This document shows, piece after piece, positions 44,965-55,032 of a DNA stretch of 64,000 nucleotides. Source of the stretch: a virus; IMG/VR virus record IMGVR_UViG_3300022562_000726; one strand, given 5' to 3'. The position numbers and the translations under genes are program-made. The notes under the pieces were generated by a model, which was given only the letters and a program-made list of their open reading frames with translations, was not told the DNA's origin and did not search any database. The stretch's first letter is position 1. Each line of letters starts with the position of its first letter.

Positions 44965-46850
44965 CTCTGCCCATCCGTCCTTACGTCAATGCGGGGAACA
45001 CCCAATCTCCATTGTGTTCCGACCGAATCACTCTCTGCTCTCAAAGTTAAAGAACGCCCGCGAAGACGCACATAGGCCTCTTCAGTGAACGTCTCCACAG
45101 GCACTATAGCAGATCGTACCACTTGACTGGTAGAGGTGGTATCAAATCCGCCTCCCGGTTTATCCATCATTTTCAATACAAGATTCATTTGCGGTGTATT
45201 GATGTTGTCGTCGAAGTTCCTGAATGTAACATCAGGAAGTATTCTGCGGATAAATGCAAAACGATCACCCCTATCGAATGCACCTTCTGAAGACAGTTCT
45301 ATTGGCGCACTCTCGATATAGCTGTTGATCCCTTGGGCAGGACTTGTCGATCCGTCGTCTGACCCAACTTCATGATAATACAGGTAAGTATCGGTAGAGG
45401 CAGCGAGAGGATTGTACTGCGAGTTGCCATCCATCCAAGCCGTCCTTGCGAGGGAGCCGATGCACCATTCCCCTGAAAGAGGATTGAAGGTGACGTAACT
45501 GTCGATTTCAGTCGAATCCATGGATTGGTAGAACCAGATCACTTCAGAAAACTTCCTGTTCGTGGAAGCATAAACCTTCTGAAGCTGCTGTTCATCAATG
45601 CGTTGATATATGTAATCCCAGACAGTGCATGGAAGTTTCTGGACACGACCGGAGTATGAGTAGAACCCCGATCTTCCCATCCAGTAAACCACCCCGTTGT
45701 ATGTCGTGCAGGCATGAAGGCCTACAATATCCGATTTTGCCTCTATCACGTCAGCCACGAATATGTATGGTGCACCCACATACTGGATGGAATAGATGGC
45801 GCTGTCAGACCACGCGATGATTTCACGAGGCGCTGATATTGCCGATATGAACTTCGATCCAATCGACAGGGGCAGGGAACCAGCCGTGCCAGTTGTGTCG
45901 GCTTCGTTCCAGTTTGTCATATCTTCCTGATCGCTCCAGCGGAAAGCCATTGGCGCTGGATTGCCGGATGAATATTCGCTTGCACCGAAAGCAATCAGGT
46001 GCCTGTCCCTTTGGGAGACGAGAATGAACTCTGCATATGTCGGTGCATATCCATCGGCACCTGCAAGATCGAGAATGTCCACCATCCTTGCTGACGGTGT
46101 AGTGGCATCCCAATACCAGATAGGACCACCGGCACCGCAGGCTACAAGGTCTTCACCCCAATTGCCTTGCGTCCATGTTCCAAGCCTGTCGTCAGCAGCC
46201 GTTGACGGATCGCCGCCCCAATACTCGTCACCCCAACCGAGGTAGCCCCAACCACCACCGTATATCTGGCTGTCAGAACCTGCCCTGTACAGGTAATCTG
46301 CCTGAACTGATGTGCCACCACCTGATGCACTTGAAGTGGCTGTCGTGGTTACTTCGACAGTGTATGTATTGTCATCGACAATAGTAGCAATTTCATGCTC
46401 TGCATTGATTTCAGAAGCAGGAATACCACCGATAGGGCCAGTGGCACCGGAAAGAATGACGTATTTCCCGACAAACTGACCATGTGCCGTATGTGTAATG
46501 GTGAGAGTTGTTGTGCTGATCGTTGTTGCAATGGGGTCTGTCCCCAATGTCACAGTGCTTGCGATGGGTGTTACTTCGTAATACACGTCATCTGACGCAA
46601 CATAGAAGCGTTTGTTCGTACCGATGCCAACCCAAGGGAAGCCTGCAAGGTCTTCGAACCTGAACAGGGACCGGCATACCCCGTCCAGTGCAAGGCCTGC
46701 CGAATCGTAAGCCTTCACCCATCCTCCCCACGATTCAGGAAGCCCATCCCTGAAACGGACAAGAGAGCCATCGAACCATGAGGCTGTGGCTCCATAGCGG
46801 GTACGGCTCTTGATTATTCCCGGTTTGAACTCAAGCCTCATCCACGGCAT
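44961..46850 (-). CDS. Putative tail protein (tail tubular/nozzle-like)
   Basis: Large W/G/Y-rich beta-rich protein between the lysis cassette and the internal proteins. Confidence 0.4.
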   Translation of the reverse strand: MPWMRLEFKPGIIKSRTRYGATASWFDGSLVRFRDGLPESWGGWVKAYDSAGLALDGVCRSLFRFEDLAGFPWVGIGTNKRFYVASDDVYYEVTPIASTVTLGTDPIATTISTTTLTITHTAHGQFVGKYVILSGATGPIGGIPASEINAEHEIATIVDDNTYTVEVTTTATSSASGGGTSVQADYLYRAGSDSQIYGGGWGYLGWGDEYWGGDPSTAADDRLGTWTQGNWGEDLVACGAGGPIWYWDATTPSARMVDILDLAGADGYAPTYAEFILVSQRDRHLIAFGASEYSSGNPAPMAFRWSDQEDMTNWNEADTTGTAGSLPLSIGSKFISAISAPREIIAWSDSAIYSIQYVGAPYIFVADVIEAKSDIVGLHACTTYNGVVYWMGRSGFYSYSGRVQKLPCTVWDYIYQRIDEQQLQKVYASTNRKFSEVIWFYQSMDSTEIDSYVTFNPLSGEWCIGSLARTAWMDGNSQYNPLAASTDTYLYYHEVGSDDGSTSPAQGINSYIESAPIELSSEGAFDRGDRFAFIRRILPDVTFRNFDDNINTPQMNLVLKMMDKPGGGFDTTSTSQVVRSAIVPVETFTEEAYVRLRGRSLTLRAESDSVGTQWRLGVPRIDVRTDGQR

Positions 46851-47141
46851 TCATTCTATTCCCTTGCAAAACTCTTTACGGGCGGCGTTGCGCTCAACAA
46901 TATCAAGAGAAGTTTCGTCCGTATCATAAAGATTGTCGGCAGTTTCCGTGGCCCCTTGAGGCTTTGCGGCATAGCTTTCAGGCTTGCCCAATACCTTGCA
47001 AGCCTTACTTAGGACCATCAGGCTGCTTGGTCCTGTTGTTCGGGTCATCAGGCTGCACCCCGATACGGCGAGCATGAGCACCCCGAGACAAAGCATCAAG
47101 CGCACGTTTGTTGATCGTTTCATTGGCCTTGGCCTCTGCAT
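46851..47141 (-). CDS. Outer-membrane lipoprotein spanin (Rz1-like), overlapped architecture
   Basis: Signal peptide with lipobox LAVSGC; start embedded out of frame in the 3' end of the i-spanin gene. Confidence 0.5.
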   Translation of the reverse strand: MQRPRPMKRSTNVRLMLCLGVLMLAVSGCSLMTRTTGPSSLMVLSKACKVLGKPESYAAKPQGATETADNLYDTDETSLDIVERNAARKEFCKGIE

Positions 47142-47268
47142 CTATGACTTCCTGACGTCCAGTGTCCTTGCCTGTTTTGTAGATCGCCCTGATAACAAAA
47201 CCAGCCACGAGGGATGCACCCCCGAGGCTGATTATGATAACGACGATCTTGACTGCGAAGTCGCTCAT
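47005..47268 (-). CDS. Inner-membrane spanin (Rz-like)
   Basis: N-terminal transmembrane helix plus a charged coiled-coil periplasmic domain. Confidence 0.5.
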   Translation of the reverse strand: MSDFAVKIVVIIISLGGASLVAGFVIRAIYKTGKDTGRQEVIDAEAKANETINKRALDALSRGAHARRIGVQPDDPNNRTKQPDGPK

Positions 47269-47501
47269 TACTGAGTAGTCTTCTTCTCAGGAGCAAGGAA
47301 ACTCCATACGAAGCCAATGATAACCATGAGGGAAGCGACAACATCGCTCCATCCTGCATCGCTCATGGTCATGCCATGCTGATTAAGATAAGCGATGATC
47401 CATCCGCCACCTACCGTGGTAAGGATATGACGGATCAATCCGAGTACCTGTTCCTTATTCATCGGATATTCCTTTAGCGCCAGTTGAAAGGATTGAGCCA
47501 C
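47268..47501 (-). CDS. Holin (two transmembrane helices)
   Basis: Two hydrophobic helices and a charged C-terminus; sits between the endolysin and the spanins. Confidence 0.55.
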   Translation of the reverse strand: MAQSFQLALKEYPMNKEQVLGLIRHILTTVGGGWIIAYLNQHGMTMSDAGWSDVVASLMVIIGFVWSFLAPEKKTTQ

Positions 47502-48049
47502 GCCAATGGCGCGAAAGGCGCGGCATACGATTCAGACTTTTTTGCCATGCTTGTGGCTACCTCCTGAACCTTCTCGATACGTGAAATCCATCCCTTCCCG
47601 AAATGTTTCCACCCATTGAGACCAGTGAGAAAAGCAAGTCTTAATCTGTTCAGTTCAGTTATCGTTGTGCGGACGTTCTCTTTACGCGCAGCGGCCAAAG
47701 TGACCGGCCCGAATACTCCGTCCTTAACTACGTCAAGAGATTGTTGCAGGTATCTCACGGCCCGATGCGGGCCGGAGTTCACCGCAAAATCAAACATTGC
47801 ATAATCGAGGCCGCTTGGAAGTTCATCTCCACGTACCTTGTCCCAATAGAACTTCTTGTAAAGCATACTGATGTGTGCATCGCTTATGTTCTTCAGGTCT
47901 TCCTTGGTGGCCCTTGGGTTTATGTAAGTGCGATATGTGCCGAGAGTAATGCCTTTCATCGTGGCACCACCGGGATCGTTCGGGTTGTCTGACCAGCCGC
48001 CTTCAGATTTCAGTACATGCTGGAGAGATTCTTTCCAGTTTTTTTTCAT
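47474..48049 (-). CDS. Endolysin: GH108 lysozyme domain plus PG_binding_3
   Basis: SEGGWSDNPNDPGGATMKGIT matches the GH108 EGG...D.GG.T.G signature; C-terminal peptidoglycan-binding-like region. Confidence 0.75.
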   Translation of the reverse strand: MKKNWKESLQHVLKSEGGWSDNPNDPGGATMKGITLGTYRTYINPRATKEDLKNISDAHISMLYKKFYWDKVRGDELPSGLDYAMFDFAVNSGPHRAVRYLQQSLDVVKDGVFGPVTLAAARKENVRTTITELNRLRLAFLTGLNGWKHFGKGWISRIEKVQEVATSMAKKSESYAAPFAPLAWLNPFNWR

Positions 48050-48333
48050 TTTGCTGGCCCGTTATCCCCGTCCTGCACCGCAACTGCACCGGGGGGAAGG
48101 CTGGCAAGACGTTCATGGATGACACGCCCATGCTCTTCGAAGTCGTTCGGGGCCGCAGTGAAGGGTATCCAGCCGAAGTCCGGGTGGTTGATCTCGCAGT
48201 CGATGCCGCCATTCATGTTGAATTTCGGCTTGCGAAACTGGATTTGATTTCCGTCGAGTTTTCTCATGCTACCCTCACCATCCATATGTAAGTGATCGTC
48301 GATGATGCCGTAACGCCGCCGATGTTTTTCCAT
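48046..48333 (-). CDS. Hypothetical protein
   Basis: ORF. Confidence 0.4.
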   Translation of the reverse strand: MEKHRRRYGIIDDHLHMDGEGSMRKLDGNQIQFRKPKFNMNGGIDCEINHPDFGWIPFTAAPNDFEEHGRVIHERLASLPPGAVAVQDGDNGPAK

Positions 48334-49661
48334 GTCCCGGATTGAGCAGACCTTACAGCAAACGCGCCAGCATTTGTAACGGAATAAATCGACACGTTCG
48401 CCCCGGCAATGTTTGCCCCCTCAGCGAGTGACGCTGTACTCACATACATCAGCCCGGAAGAATTGAGGGGCAGCGTGTGGCTTGTCGGTGCGCTGACGTT
48501 ACCGGCACCGGAAACTGCACTGTCTACGTAACTCTTGACGGCATTCTGCGATGAAACCGTCGTATCGCTTGTGCCGAGAGAGGCAGAAGTCGAGAACGTC
48601 AGGCTTCCTGCGGTATCAGTCGCTGACCAATACGGAACAGTATTTGCCGTGCCAGATAAGGCTATCATGCTTCTCGCGCCAGCCGTTATCGAAGCTTCAG
48701 CCCATGTATCTACACCTGTCGTGTAGGCGATTTTGTCAGCCGCCGTACCTAGCGATGATATAGATGTAAGCGTTGCGTCAAGAGGCTGGTACGATCCACC
48801 AGCGCCTCCGTCTATGAGGTCGCCGTTGGCATCCCAGACCGCAGCATTTCCTGCCGTTCCTGCCGTTCCAGTAACAAGTTTTGCATCAATGCCAGTTTTG
48901 ATGGCAGAGGCAATTTCAGTGATGGCATCGACAGCACTTGCGGGGAGACTGATCGATGTGCTGATTGTCGGTGACGTGATCGTCGGAGAACTGATCGTCG
49001 GTGTTCCGCCAAGTGTGTATGTTCCTGTTGCTGTGCCGCTAAGAGTTGGGCCTGAAATCGCAGGGGATGTCAGCGTCTTGTTGGTCAGTGTCTCCGTTCC
49101 GGCCAAGCTTGCCGGAGTGAAATTATAATCTGGCCATGTCATGACCCTTGTCGAAGCAGTAGTCACACCGCCCAAGTCTATGCGGGCGACCTTGGTTTCA
49201 TCTGCTGGATCAGAAACGAGAAACACATCATCGTGGATAACGGCTGTGCCATTAAAATTGAACAAGTTCAATGACTTGTAAACGTTTGTTCCATCAGTCG
49301 TGATGATGCACATATGACCGTTGGACAACGTAACGGAGTTCGATCCGTTGCTGACCGTCACATCATACCCACCTGTCGTTCCATTCCACATCACGTAAGC
49401 TTTGTCAGACGTCGGAATAGTAAGGGTGTGCGTTCCAGTATGGGCACCAGTCAGCTTTATAATTAATTGTCTGGCTTCATCTGTAGAGCCGTCGTTCGTG
49501 GTTAGCGAGTAGTTCGCATCGCCCATGGACACATCGACCCAACCGGAAACGGCATCCTCCATCAGTTCCCAATTGGTATTGGTCTTCGAACCCCAAGTAG
49601 ACCGGTTTTCACCGGTCGCCATCTTCTCGATACGAAGGTTTGAAGAATAAGTGCTAGGCAT
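48264..49661 (-). CDS. Tail fiber protein
   Basis: N-terminal MATGENRSTWGSKTNTNWELME fiber-anchor-like motif; T/S/G-rich beta-rich C-terminus. Confidence 0.65.
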   Translation of the reverse strand: MPSTYSSNLRIEKMATGENRSTWGSKTNTNWELMEDAVSGWVDVSMGDANYSLTTNDGSTDEARQLIIKLTGAHTGTHTLTIPTSDKAYVMWNGTTGGYDVTVSNGSNSVTLSNGHMCIITTDGTNVYKSLNLFNFNGTAVIHDDVFLVSDPADETKVARIDLGGVTTASTRVMTWPDYNFTPASLAGTETLTNKTLTSPAISGPTLSGTATGTYTLGGTPTISSPTITSPTISTSISLPASAVDAITEIASAIKTGIDAKLVTGTAGTAGNAAVWDANGDLIDGGAGGSYQPLDATLTSISSLGTAADKIAYTTGVDTWAEASITAGARSMIALSGTANTVPYWSATDTAGSLTFSTSASLGTSDTTVSSQNAVKSYVDSAVSGAGNVSAPTSHTLPLNSSGLMYVSTASLAEGANIAGANVSIYSVTNAGAFAVRSAQSGTWKNIGGVTASSTITYIWMVRVA

Positions 49662-49672
49662 TTTCCGTTACC

Positions 49673-52600
49673 TTATTTCGCTTTCGGGTCTATTTCGTCC
49701 CATGAATTGGAACCGGTCGATACATCAGACCAAGAGTTTGAATGACCGCTAACTTGCGACCAAGCATTCGTTGTCCCTCCGGTATTCGACCAAGGGAAGT
49801 TTATGTTCGAGCGTGTAAGTTGCGCCTTGACGCCGCCAAGATGGTAAGCCCCACTACTTGCATCGATGATGCTTGCATATAGCAACGATGCGTCAGTTCC
49901 TGTTACTGCGTAGGAACCTGCCCCTGCGGTGATTGAACGATCTTGAAAATGCTCAAGAGATACATCGGTTCCTGTGATGGTGTATCCGCCACCGGATGCA
50001 TCAAGAGTGTAGGTCCGCAGGAAGCTTAATGCGGTTCCATTGATCGAGTAGGAACCAGTAGATACAGAGATGGAATGCCCATATAGAAGGGAAACGTCTG
50101 TTCCAGTTACTGCGTATGATCCACCAGCAGCATCAACAAGAAATCCGTACTCAAGAGAAACGTCGGTCCCATTGACAGAATATGCGCCTGATGCAGCAGC
50201 AAGAGTCTTCCCTGTATAAAGGGAAGCATCCGTACCTGTAATAGCGTAGGACCCTGCCGTAGCATCTATCAGCCTATCATAAAGAAGGGCTGTACCATGC
50301 TGCATTCCGCTGCCGAAGCCGGGGCCAAAAGCATCGCTTGGCCCATCTACTGCATAACTTCCGCTGCTTGCAGCGACTACCCTCGCCGTTATGGAAAGGC
50401 CTGCCGCTGTCCCTGTTACCGTATAGGAACCACCAGAAGCAACAAGCGTTCTGGTCTGCTCAAGTGTGGCTACTGTTCCTGTGATTGCATAGGAACCACC
50501 AGAAGCAACAAGTGTTTTCCCTGTCGATCCAGACCAGTCAAGTACGGCATCTGTACCGGTAACTGTATAGCTTCCGCTCGTTGCATCGATCAGGAAGTCA
50601 TGTAAAAGCGAAGCAGCGGTTCCGCTAATTGCGTAGCTGCCGTTTGCCGCAGAGACTTCATAACCATGCAGGAGAGAGGCGGCGGTGCCAGTGATCGTAT
50701 ATGATCCGGCAGTTGCCGTTACGGTTCTTGACTGCTCAAGGAGAGCATCGACACCGGATATGGTATAGCTTCCGCTGGTTGCGGAGACTACAAACCCATG
50801 CTCCAATGTAGCATCGGTTCCACTGATTGTATAGGCACCACCAAGAGCATCGATGGTCTTGTTTCCACCGGCCCTTGTGAGCGTCGCATCAGTACCTGTT
50901 ACGGTATATGAACTGGTAGTGGCATCGATCAGGAAGCCATGAAGAAGCGAAGCGGCTGTACCGTTTATCGCGTAGGAGCCAGCCGTGGTGGCGTCTATTA
51001 CATAACCGATTTGAAGGGTAGCATCGGTTCCAGTGATCGCATATGCGCCAGATGTAGCGTCTATTACATGGTTGTGAAGTAATGAAGCAGCAGTTCCTGC
51101 AACCGAATAGGAACCTGTCGTAGCATCTACAGAGTACCCATAAAGGAACGTGGCATCTGTTCCGGTAACAGAATAACTACCGGCTGTCGTTGCATCCAGC
51201 GTGCGTCCAGCCTGAAGGTAGACGTTATCGCCTGTATCGCCAGAAAGAAGAAGCCTGTCGGTCCCGCTTTGGGCGTCGCCCGAGAGGAGTAGGTATCCAG
51301 TTGTTCCCGAAAGGTTGAGAAGGTCCGTTCCACCAAACGTGTAATTGGTTGGCGATATGTTGTATTGCCCGCTTGTTCCAGTTCCAAAAGGAAGGCGGTA
51401 CGTCTTGGTCAAAGTGGCCGCTGTGCCGCTTACAGAATACGATCCAGCATTGGCAGTGATGACAGAACCAACGGTCAAAGTGGCCGCTGTTCCAGTCATG
51501 GCGTAGGAACCAGCGGTCGTAGCGTCTATCGTTCTTGCTTGTTCAAGATTGGCTGCGGTTCCGGTGATTGCATAGGAACCGGCTGTGGTGGCGTCGAGGG
51601 TGTATCCAGTAGAAAGACTGTATTCGTTGTAGTAATAAGTGCTGCTGCTTGAGTAAAGGTATGCTATTACATCAGAAGAACCTCTAGTGTAGGAATTAGC
51701 ACTATAAATATTTGTTACTGAATGTCCAAGAGTTGCTGGAGTTCCCCAAGTATCATCACCGGCACCAGTGCTGTTTATATAGGCTGTGCCGCCAGAGTGA
51801 TAATTGACACAGTATTGCGTTGTACCGTTAACAGCACTGCCATGACCGGACGTTCCTGAATCACTCGTACTGACGCCCGTGTATATTGTCGGGGTTCCGG
51901 GGGAGTCCGCATCGTTAAACCCGGCTGTAGCATAATTTGAACCACTATCGGGGTAGAAAAACCGTATCTTTCTTGTTGAACCGTCGAGGAACGAAACACC
52001 AGTATATCCTGTGACACCTGAACCATATGACGACAGTATTGATGTATCTATTGTGGTTCCTTGGTGACCAAAGCTATTATCTGAAAGAAGCGTTGAATAC
52101 CAAAGGGTGGCAGTGCTGGACCCTCGATAACTAATGTGAACCCTGTCATTCGTGTCGTCTGCGTGAACAGCAAAGCTGTGCTGCTCACTTATCGTGTTCT
52201 TGCCAGCATTGCTGATCGAAGTGTCGATTGATCCCCAAGTGCCACCTGAACTCCTGATGGCAAGGCAGACGCGGGCATAATTGGTGCCCATGTTGGATTC
52301 TGGCGGGCCGTCATAGGTAACGACAACCGATCCGTCGGAGCGGACGGCAATGGAGCAATAAGTAACTCCTGTGCCGGTAGTGGCGTTGCCAACGCTTTCG
52401 TTGGTGGTTCCCCACGTATTGGTTGATGTGTTGAATGTATGATATTCAACGGTCCTTGTAGAACCATCAATCTGCGTAACTATATGTATTGTTGTTCCGC
52501 GTACAACAGCGTGAATACCTCCAACACCACTAACACTTGGCCTGTTGGAACTATCCTGCTCCGTCCATCCAGACGATGGGTCGTCGCTATTGGCTTTAAG

Positions 52601-52717
52601 AACTACTAAATTTACGCCGCTTGCCTGTGCCACGATATAAAAAGATGATCCAACCTTAAAAGGACCGCCACAGGGTTCGGCAAAAATATATGAACCAACG
52701 CTAATGGGCAGGGCCAT
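49673..52717 (-). CDS. Large tail fiber / host-specificity protein with at least 15 tandem ~20-aa repeats
   Basis: Repeating DATTAGSYAITGTAA.LE units at both protein and DNA level. Confidence 0.7.
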   Translation of the reverse strand: MALPISVGSYIFAEPCGGPFKVGSSFYIVAQASGVNLVVLKANSDDPSSGWTEQDSSNRPSVSGVGGIHAVVRGTTIHIVTQIDGSTRTVEYHTFNTSTNTWGTTNESVGNATTGTGVTYCSIAVRSDGSVVVTYDGPPESNMGTNYARVCLAIRSSGGTWGSIDTSISNAGKNTISEQHSFAVHADDTNDRVHISYRGSSTATLWYSTLLSDNSFGHQGTTIDTSILSSYGSGVTGYTGVSFLDGSTRKIRFFYPDSGSNYATAGFNDADSPGTPTIYTGVSTSDSGTSGHGSAVNGTTQYCVNYHSGGTAYINSTGAGDDTWGTPATLGHSVTNIYSANSYTRGSSDVIAYLYSSSSTYYYNEYSLSTGYTLDATTAGSYAITGTAANLEQARTIDATTAGSYAMTGTAATLTVGSVITANAGSYSVSGTAATLTKTYRLPFGTGTSGQYNISPTNYTFGGTDLLNLSGTTGYLLLSGDAQSGTDRLLLSGDTGDNVYLQAGRTLDATTAGSYSVTGTDATFLYGYSVDATTGSYSVAGTAASLLHNHVIDATSGAYAITGTDATLQIGYVIDATTAGSYAINGTAASLLHGFLIDATTSSYTVTGTDATLTRAGGNKTIDALGGAYTISGTDATLEHGFVVSATSGSYTISGVDALLEQSRTVTATAGSYTITGTAASLLHGYEVSAANGSYAISGTAASLLHDFLIDATSGSYTVTGTDAVLDWSGSTGKTLVASGGSYAITGTVATLEQTRTLVASGGSYTVTGTAAGLSITARVVAASSGSYAVDGPSDAFGPGFGSGMQHGTALLYDRLIDATAGSYAITGTDASLYTGKTLAAASGAYSVNGTDVSLEYGFLVDAAGGSYAVTGTDVSLLYGHSISVSTGSYSINGTALSFLRTYTLDASGGGYTITGTDVSLEHFQDRSITAGAGSYAVTGTDASLLYASIIDASSGAYHLGGVKAQLTRSNINFPWSNTGGTTNAWSQVSGHSNSWSDVSTGSNSWDEIDPKAK
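50000..51600 (-). repeat. Tandem ~60-bp coding repeats inside the fiber gene
   Basis: Recurrent GGAACCACCAGAAGCAACAAG-like DNA units; approximate bounds. Confidence 0.55.
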
Positions 52718-53535
52718 TACAGAAGCCCTCCGTAAGCCGTCATACCGCCATACGTCACTGACGGTATGATCTTGTGGGTGGTGAACCCGTTAGCATCGAG
52801 AAACGTGCGCCAGTCAGCGTAGGACTTCCAGTTCAGATCGGGCTGCTGGAATGCTTCTTCCTGCAAGGGAGACAGGATGTGAATAACCTGTGTCTGTGCA
52901 TTCCCTTTCTGTGCCACGAATCGATCAATGGATTCGCATATCTTGAGTGCCGTTGCGTCATCGACGGAGTTCAATGTCTCCTCTGTGATTACATATGCCG
53001 GTGTATTTGAGAGAGTGTTGGCAACAGCGCGGATTGACTTGTTCGAGGACATATCCTCGCCAATTAGCCTGCCCCATCCCCTGTTGGCCGGGGCAGCACG
53101 ACCGCCTTCCATGAAGTAGTCGAGCCAGTTCATGCCAGCTACGCCACGCGATCTGGTAAGGCCCGTGTCATGAATCACATCGGTATCTGGATTGATGCCG
53201 ACTTCTGCAAGGCATTCGCGGATTTCAGCTTCCTCGCTGGTATCCTTGTTGCCAAGAATGTAACTGGATGTGTCTATGCCGGTAACATCGATACCGAGGT
53301 CTGCAAGTCCGCGACCGGTCCAATTGAAACCACAGCCGACAACGACAGCCGACTGACCAGACTGCATTCCTGCGCAATTGAAAAGGAGGGGGGAGAAGTG
53401 GGAGCGTTGATACCGGCCTACTGGCCAGTGATGATAATGAAGGCGAATGCCGGGACGATCAGCGGGATGACCGAACTCTCTTTCGGCATTGAAACTGTAG
53501 AAGCGTTTGAAATCTGCTTTGTCCCAGACCGGCAT
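52717..53535 (-). CDS. Hypothetical protein with Rossmann-like GxGxxG (possible SAM-dependent methyltransferase-like)
   Basis: AVVVGCGFNWTGRGLADLG then acidic IDVTGID. Confidence 0.35.
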   Translation of the reverse strand: MPVWDKADFKRFYSFNAEREFGHPADRPGIRLHYHHWPVGRYQRSHFSPLLFNCAGMQSGQSAVVVGCGFNWTGRGLADLGIDVTGIDTSSYILGNKDTSEEAEIRECLAEVGINPDTDVIHDTGLTRSRGVAGMNWLDYFMEGGRAAPANRGWGRLIGEDMSSNKSIRAVANTLSNTPAYVITEETLNSVDDATALKICESIDRFVAQKGNAQTQVIHILSPLQEEAFQQPDLNWKSYADWRTFLDANGFTTHKIIPSVTYGGMTAYGGLL

Positions 53536-53873
53536 CAGGCTTCCTCCCCGATATGGAAAACATCGCAGACCATGGCTTCCCCTATGTCATGATTAACGAG
53601 AAGGATTTCCTCATCCCACAAGCCGTTGCCGATAACATACGCTTCCGATGGTATCTTGCCACTTGGGAAGGGGAGATGTTTCTGGACCCACATGCGAAAC
53701 AGCGGGCCTACCCAAAGCCTGATGATCTTGTGTTCAAGCTGTGCCTTCTTGATCTGGAAGATAAGACGGCCACACATCTTGTACGAGCCGAAAGGCGTTG
53801 AATGTGGTGCAGGAGATGGGAGGGGATTTGCTCTAGCGGGATTCCCAGAAAGGCCGAGGATCGTCACCACCAA
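53535..53873 (-). CDS. Hypothetical protein
   Basis: ORF. Confidence 0.35.
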   Translation of the reverse strand: MVVTILGLSGNPARANPLPSPAPHSTPFGSYKMCGRLIFQIKKAQLEHKIIRLWVGPLFRMWVQKHLPFPSGKIPSEAYVIGNGLWDEEILLVNHDIGEAMVCDVFHIGEEA

Positions 53874-54267
53874 TGCAGAACTGGCGATGCTTGCGACCGC
53901 ATGTGCAATGGAAGATATAGATGTCAGGGGCCGTTTCCTTTGGGCTAGAATAGCGGGCTTCTATCTGGTGATTCTCCGGGTGACGGCAGCAGGAGGCAAT
54001 CTTCTGGTTATGCTCCAGTGCCTCCGTCATACGTGCCGGGAGAAGATGATGTACCCGCGCCACAGGAACCTTTGGGCACGCCTGTACATGGGTGCCTTCA
54101 AGTTTCTGCGGTTGTGGCTTCATGACGCCAAGGTCAGCCATGACCTTGGCTACAGATGAAGTAGACATACAGACCTCATGCCATGGTGAAGATGCTGGCA
54201 CCGAAGTTGACGGTGAACGTCTCGCCGTTGCCGAGCGTAAACGAAGAACCGTAATCCCAATACGCAA
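53833..54267 (-). CDS. Cys/His-rich hypothetical protein
   Basis: ORF; true start probably the internal ATG near 54168. Confidence 0.35.
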   Translation of the reverse strand: MRIGITVLRLRSATARRSPSTSVPASSPWHEVCMSTSSVAKVMADLGVMKPQPQKLEGTHVQACPKVPVARVHHLLPARMTEALEHNQKIASCCRHPENHQIEARYSSPKETAPDIYIFHCTCGRKHRQFCIGGDDPRPFWESR

Positions 54268-54601
54268 TCAGGATGTCTGCGGTCGGGGTGGTTGGCGTGT
54301 CGTCATAGAGCGATACATACTGACCGGAAGTCCAGTCGGCAGCGGTAGCCGTCCATACAACGTCAGTTCCGCCAATGGTTTCCGTGCCAGCCGAATATGT
54401 GCCGGTGTTGAGGGTGTCTTCACCGCCAGCCGTGTAGCCGGTTCCGGTCACCTGTGTCAGGTTGGCAAGGGTTTCGTCCGTTGCCACGACCGGGGCATCG
54501 GAATGGAACACGACTTTCAGCGTGTCTGTGCCGCCATGAAGATCAATCTCCTTGTTGGCAAAATGCTGAATGAACAGGTTGTATTTGGTGTAAGTTGCCA
54601 T
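54176..54601 (-). CDS. Structural protein, paralog A
   Basis: Shares the TGTGYTAGG core with the neighbouring gene. Confidence 0.5.
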   Translation of the reverse strand: MATYTKYNLFIQHFANKEIDLHGGTDTLKVVFHSDAPVVATDETLANLTQVTGTGYTAGGEDTLNTGTYSAGTETIGGTDVVWTATAADWTSGQYVSLYDDTPTTPTADILIAYWDYGSSFTLGNGETFTVNFGASIFTMA

Positions 54602-54615
54602 TTTCGTCTCCTAAA

Positions 54616-55032
54616 TTAGGCAAGCCTTATAAGGGCGTCGTTCGCCGTCGCAGCCGGGAAGGTTACAACGAACGGGCTTGCCGAGGATGTGCGGTCGGAA
54701 CCGAAATCCAAGACAATGACGGCCTTGTTCGATTTGGATGAATTGTAGATGAGCGCACCGCGAGCGGTGATTGTCGATGAAGCCCATGTCACATCAGAGA
54801 AATCGACGTAGGCCACTCCACTTGCGAAGGCTATCGCCGCCCCGGTGAGCGTTGCCCCACCCGCTGTATAGCCTGTTCCCGATACCTCGTTCGACGTTGT
54901 ATAGACAGTTGTCGAATTTCCGAGTGAAGCATCGGAAGTGTACAGGGCGATCTTGAAAGTATCGCTCGTGAAGTCATGGGTGCCGGACAGGAGTTCTTCC
55001 TTGAAGCTGTCTGTCAGGCCCTGAACAATCAT
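54616..55032 (-). CDS. Structural protein, paralog B
   Basis: Shares the SGTGYTAGGATLTG core with 54176-54601. Confidence 0.5.
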   Translation of the reverse strand: MIVQGLTDSFKEELLSGTHDFTSDTFKIALYTSDASLGNSTTVYTTSNEVSGTGYTAGGATLTGAAIAFASGVAYVDFSDVTWASSTITARGALIYNSSKSNKAVIVLDFGSDRTSSASPFVVTFPAATANDALIRLA

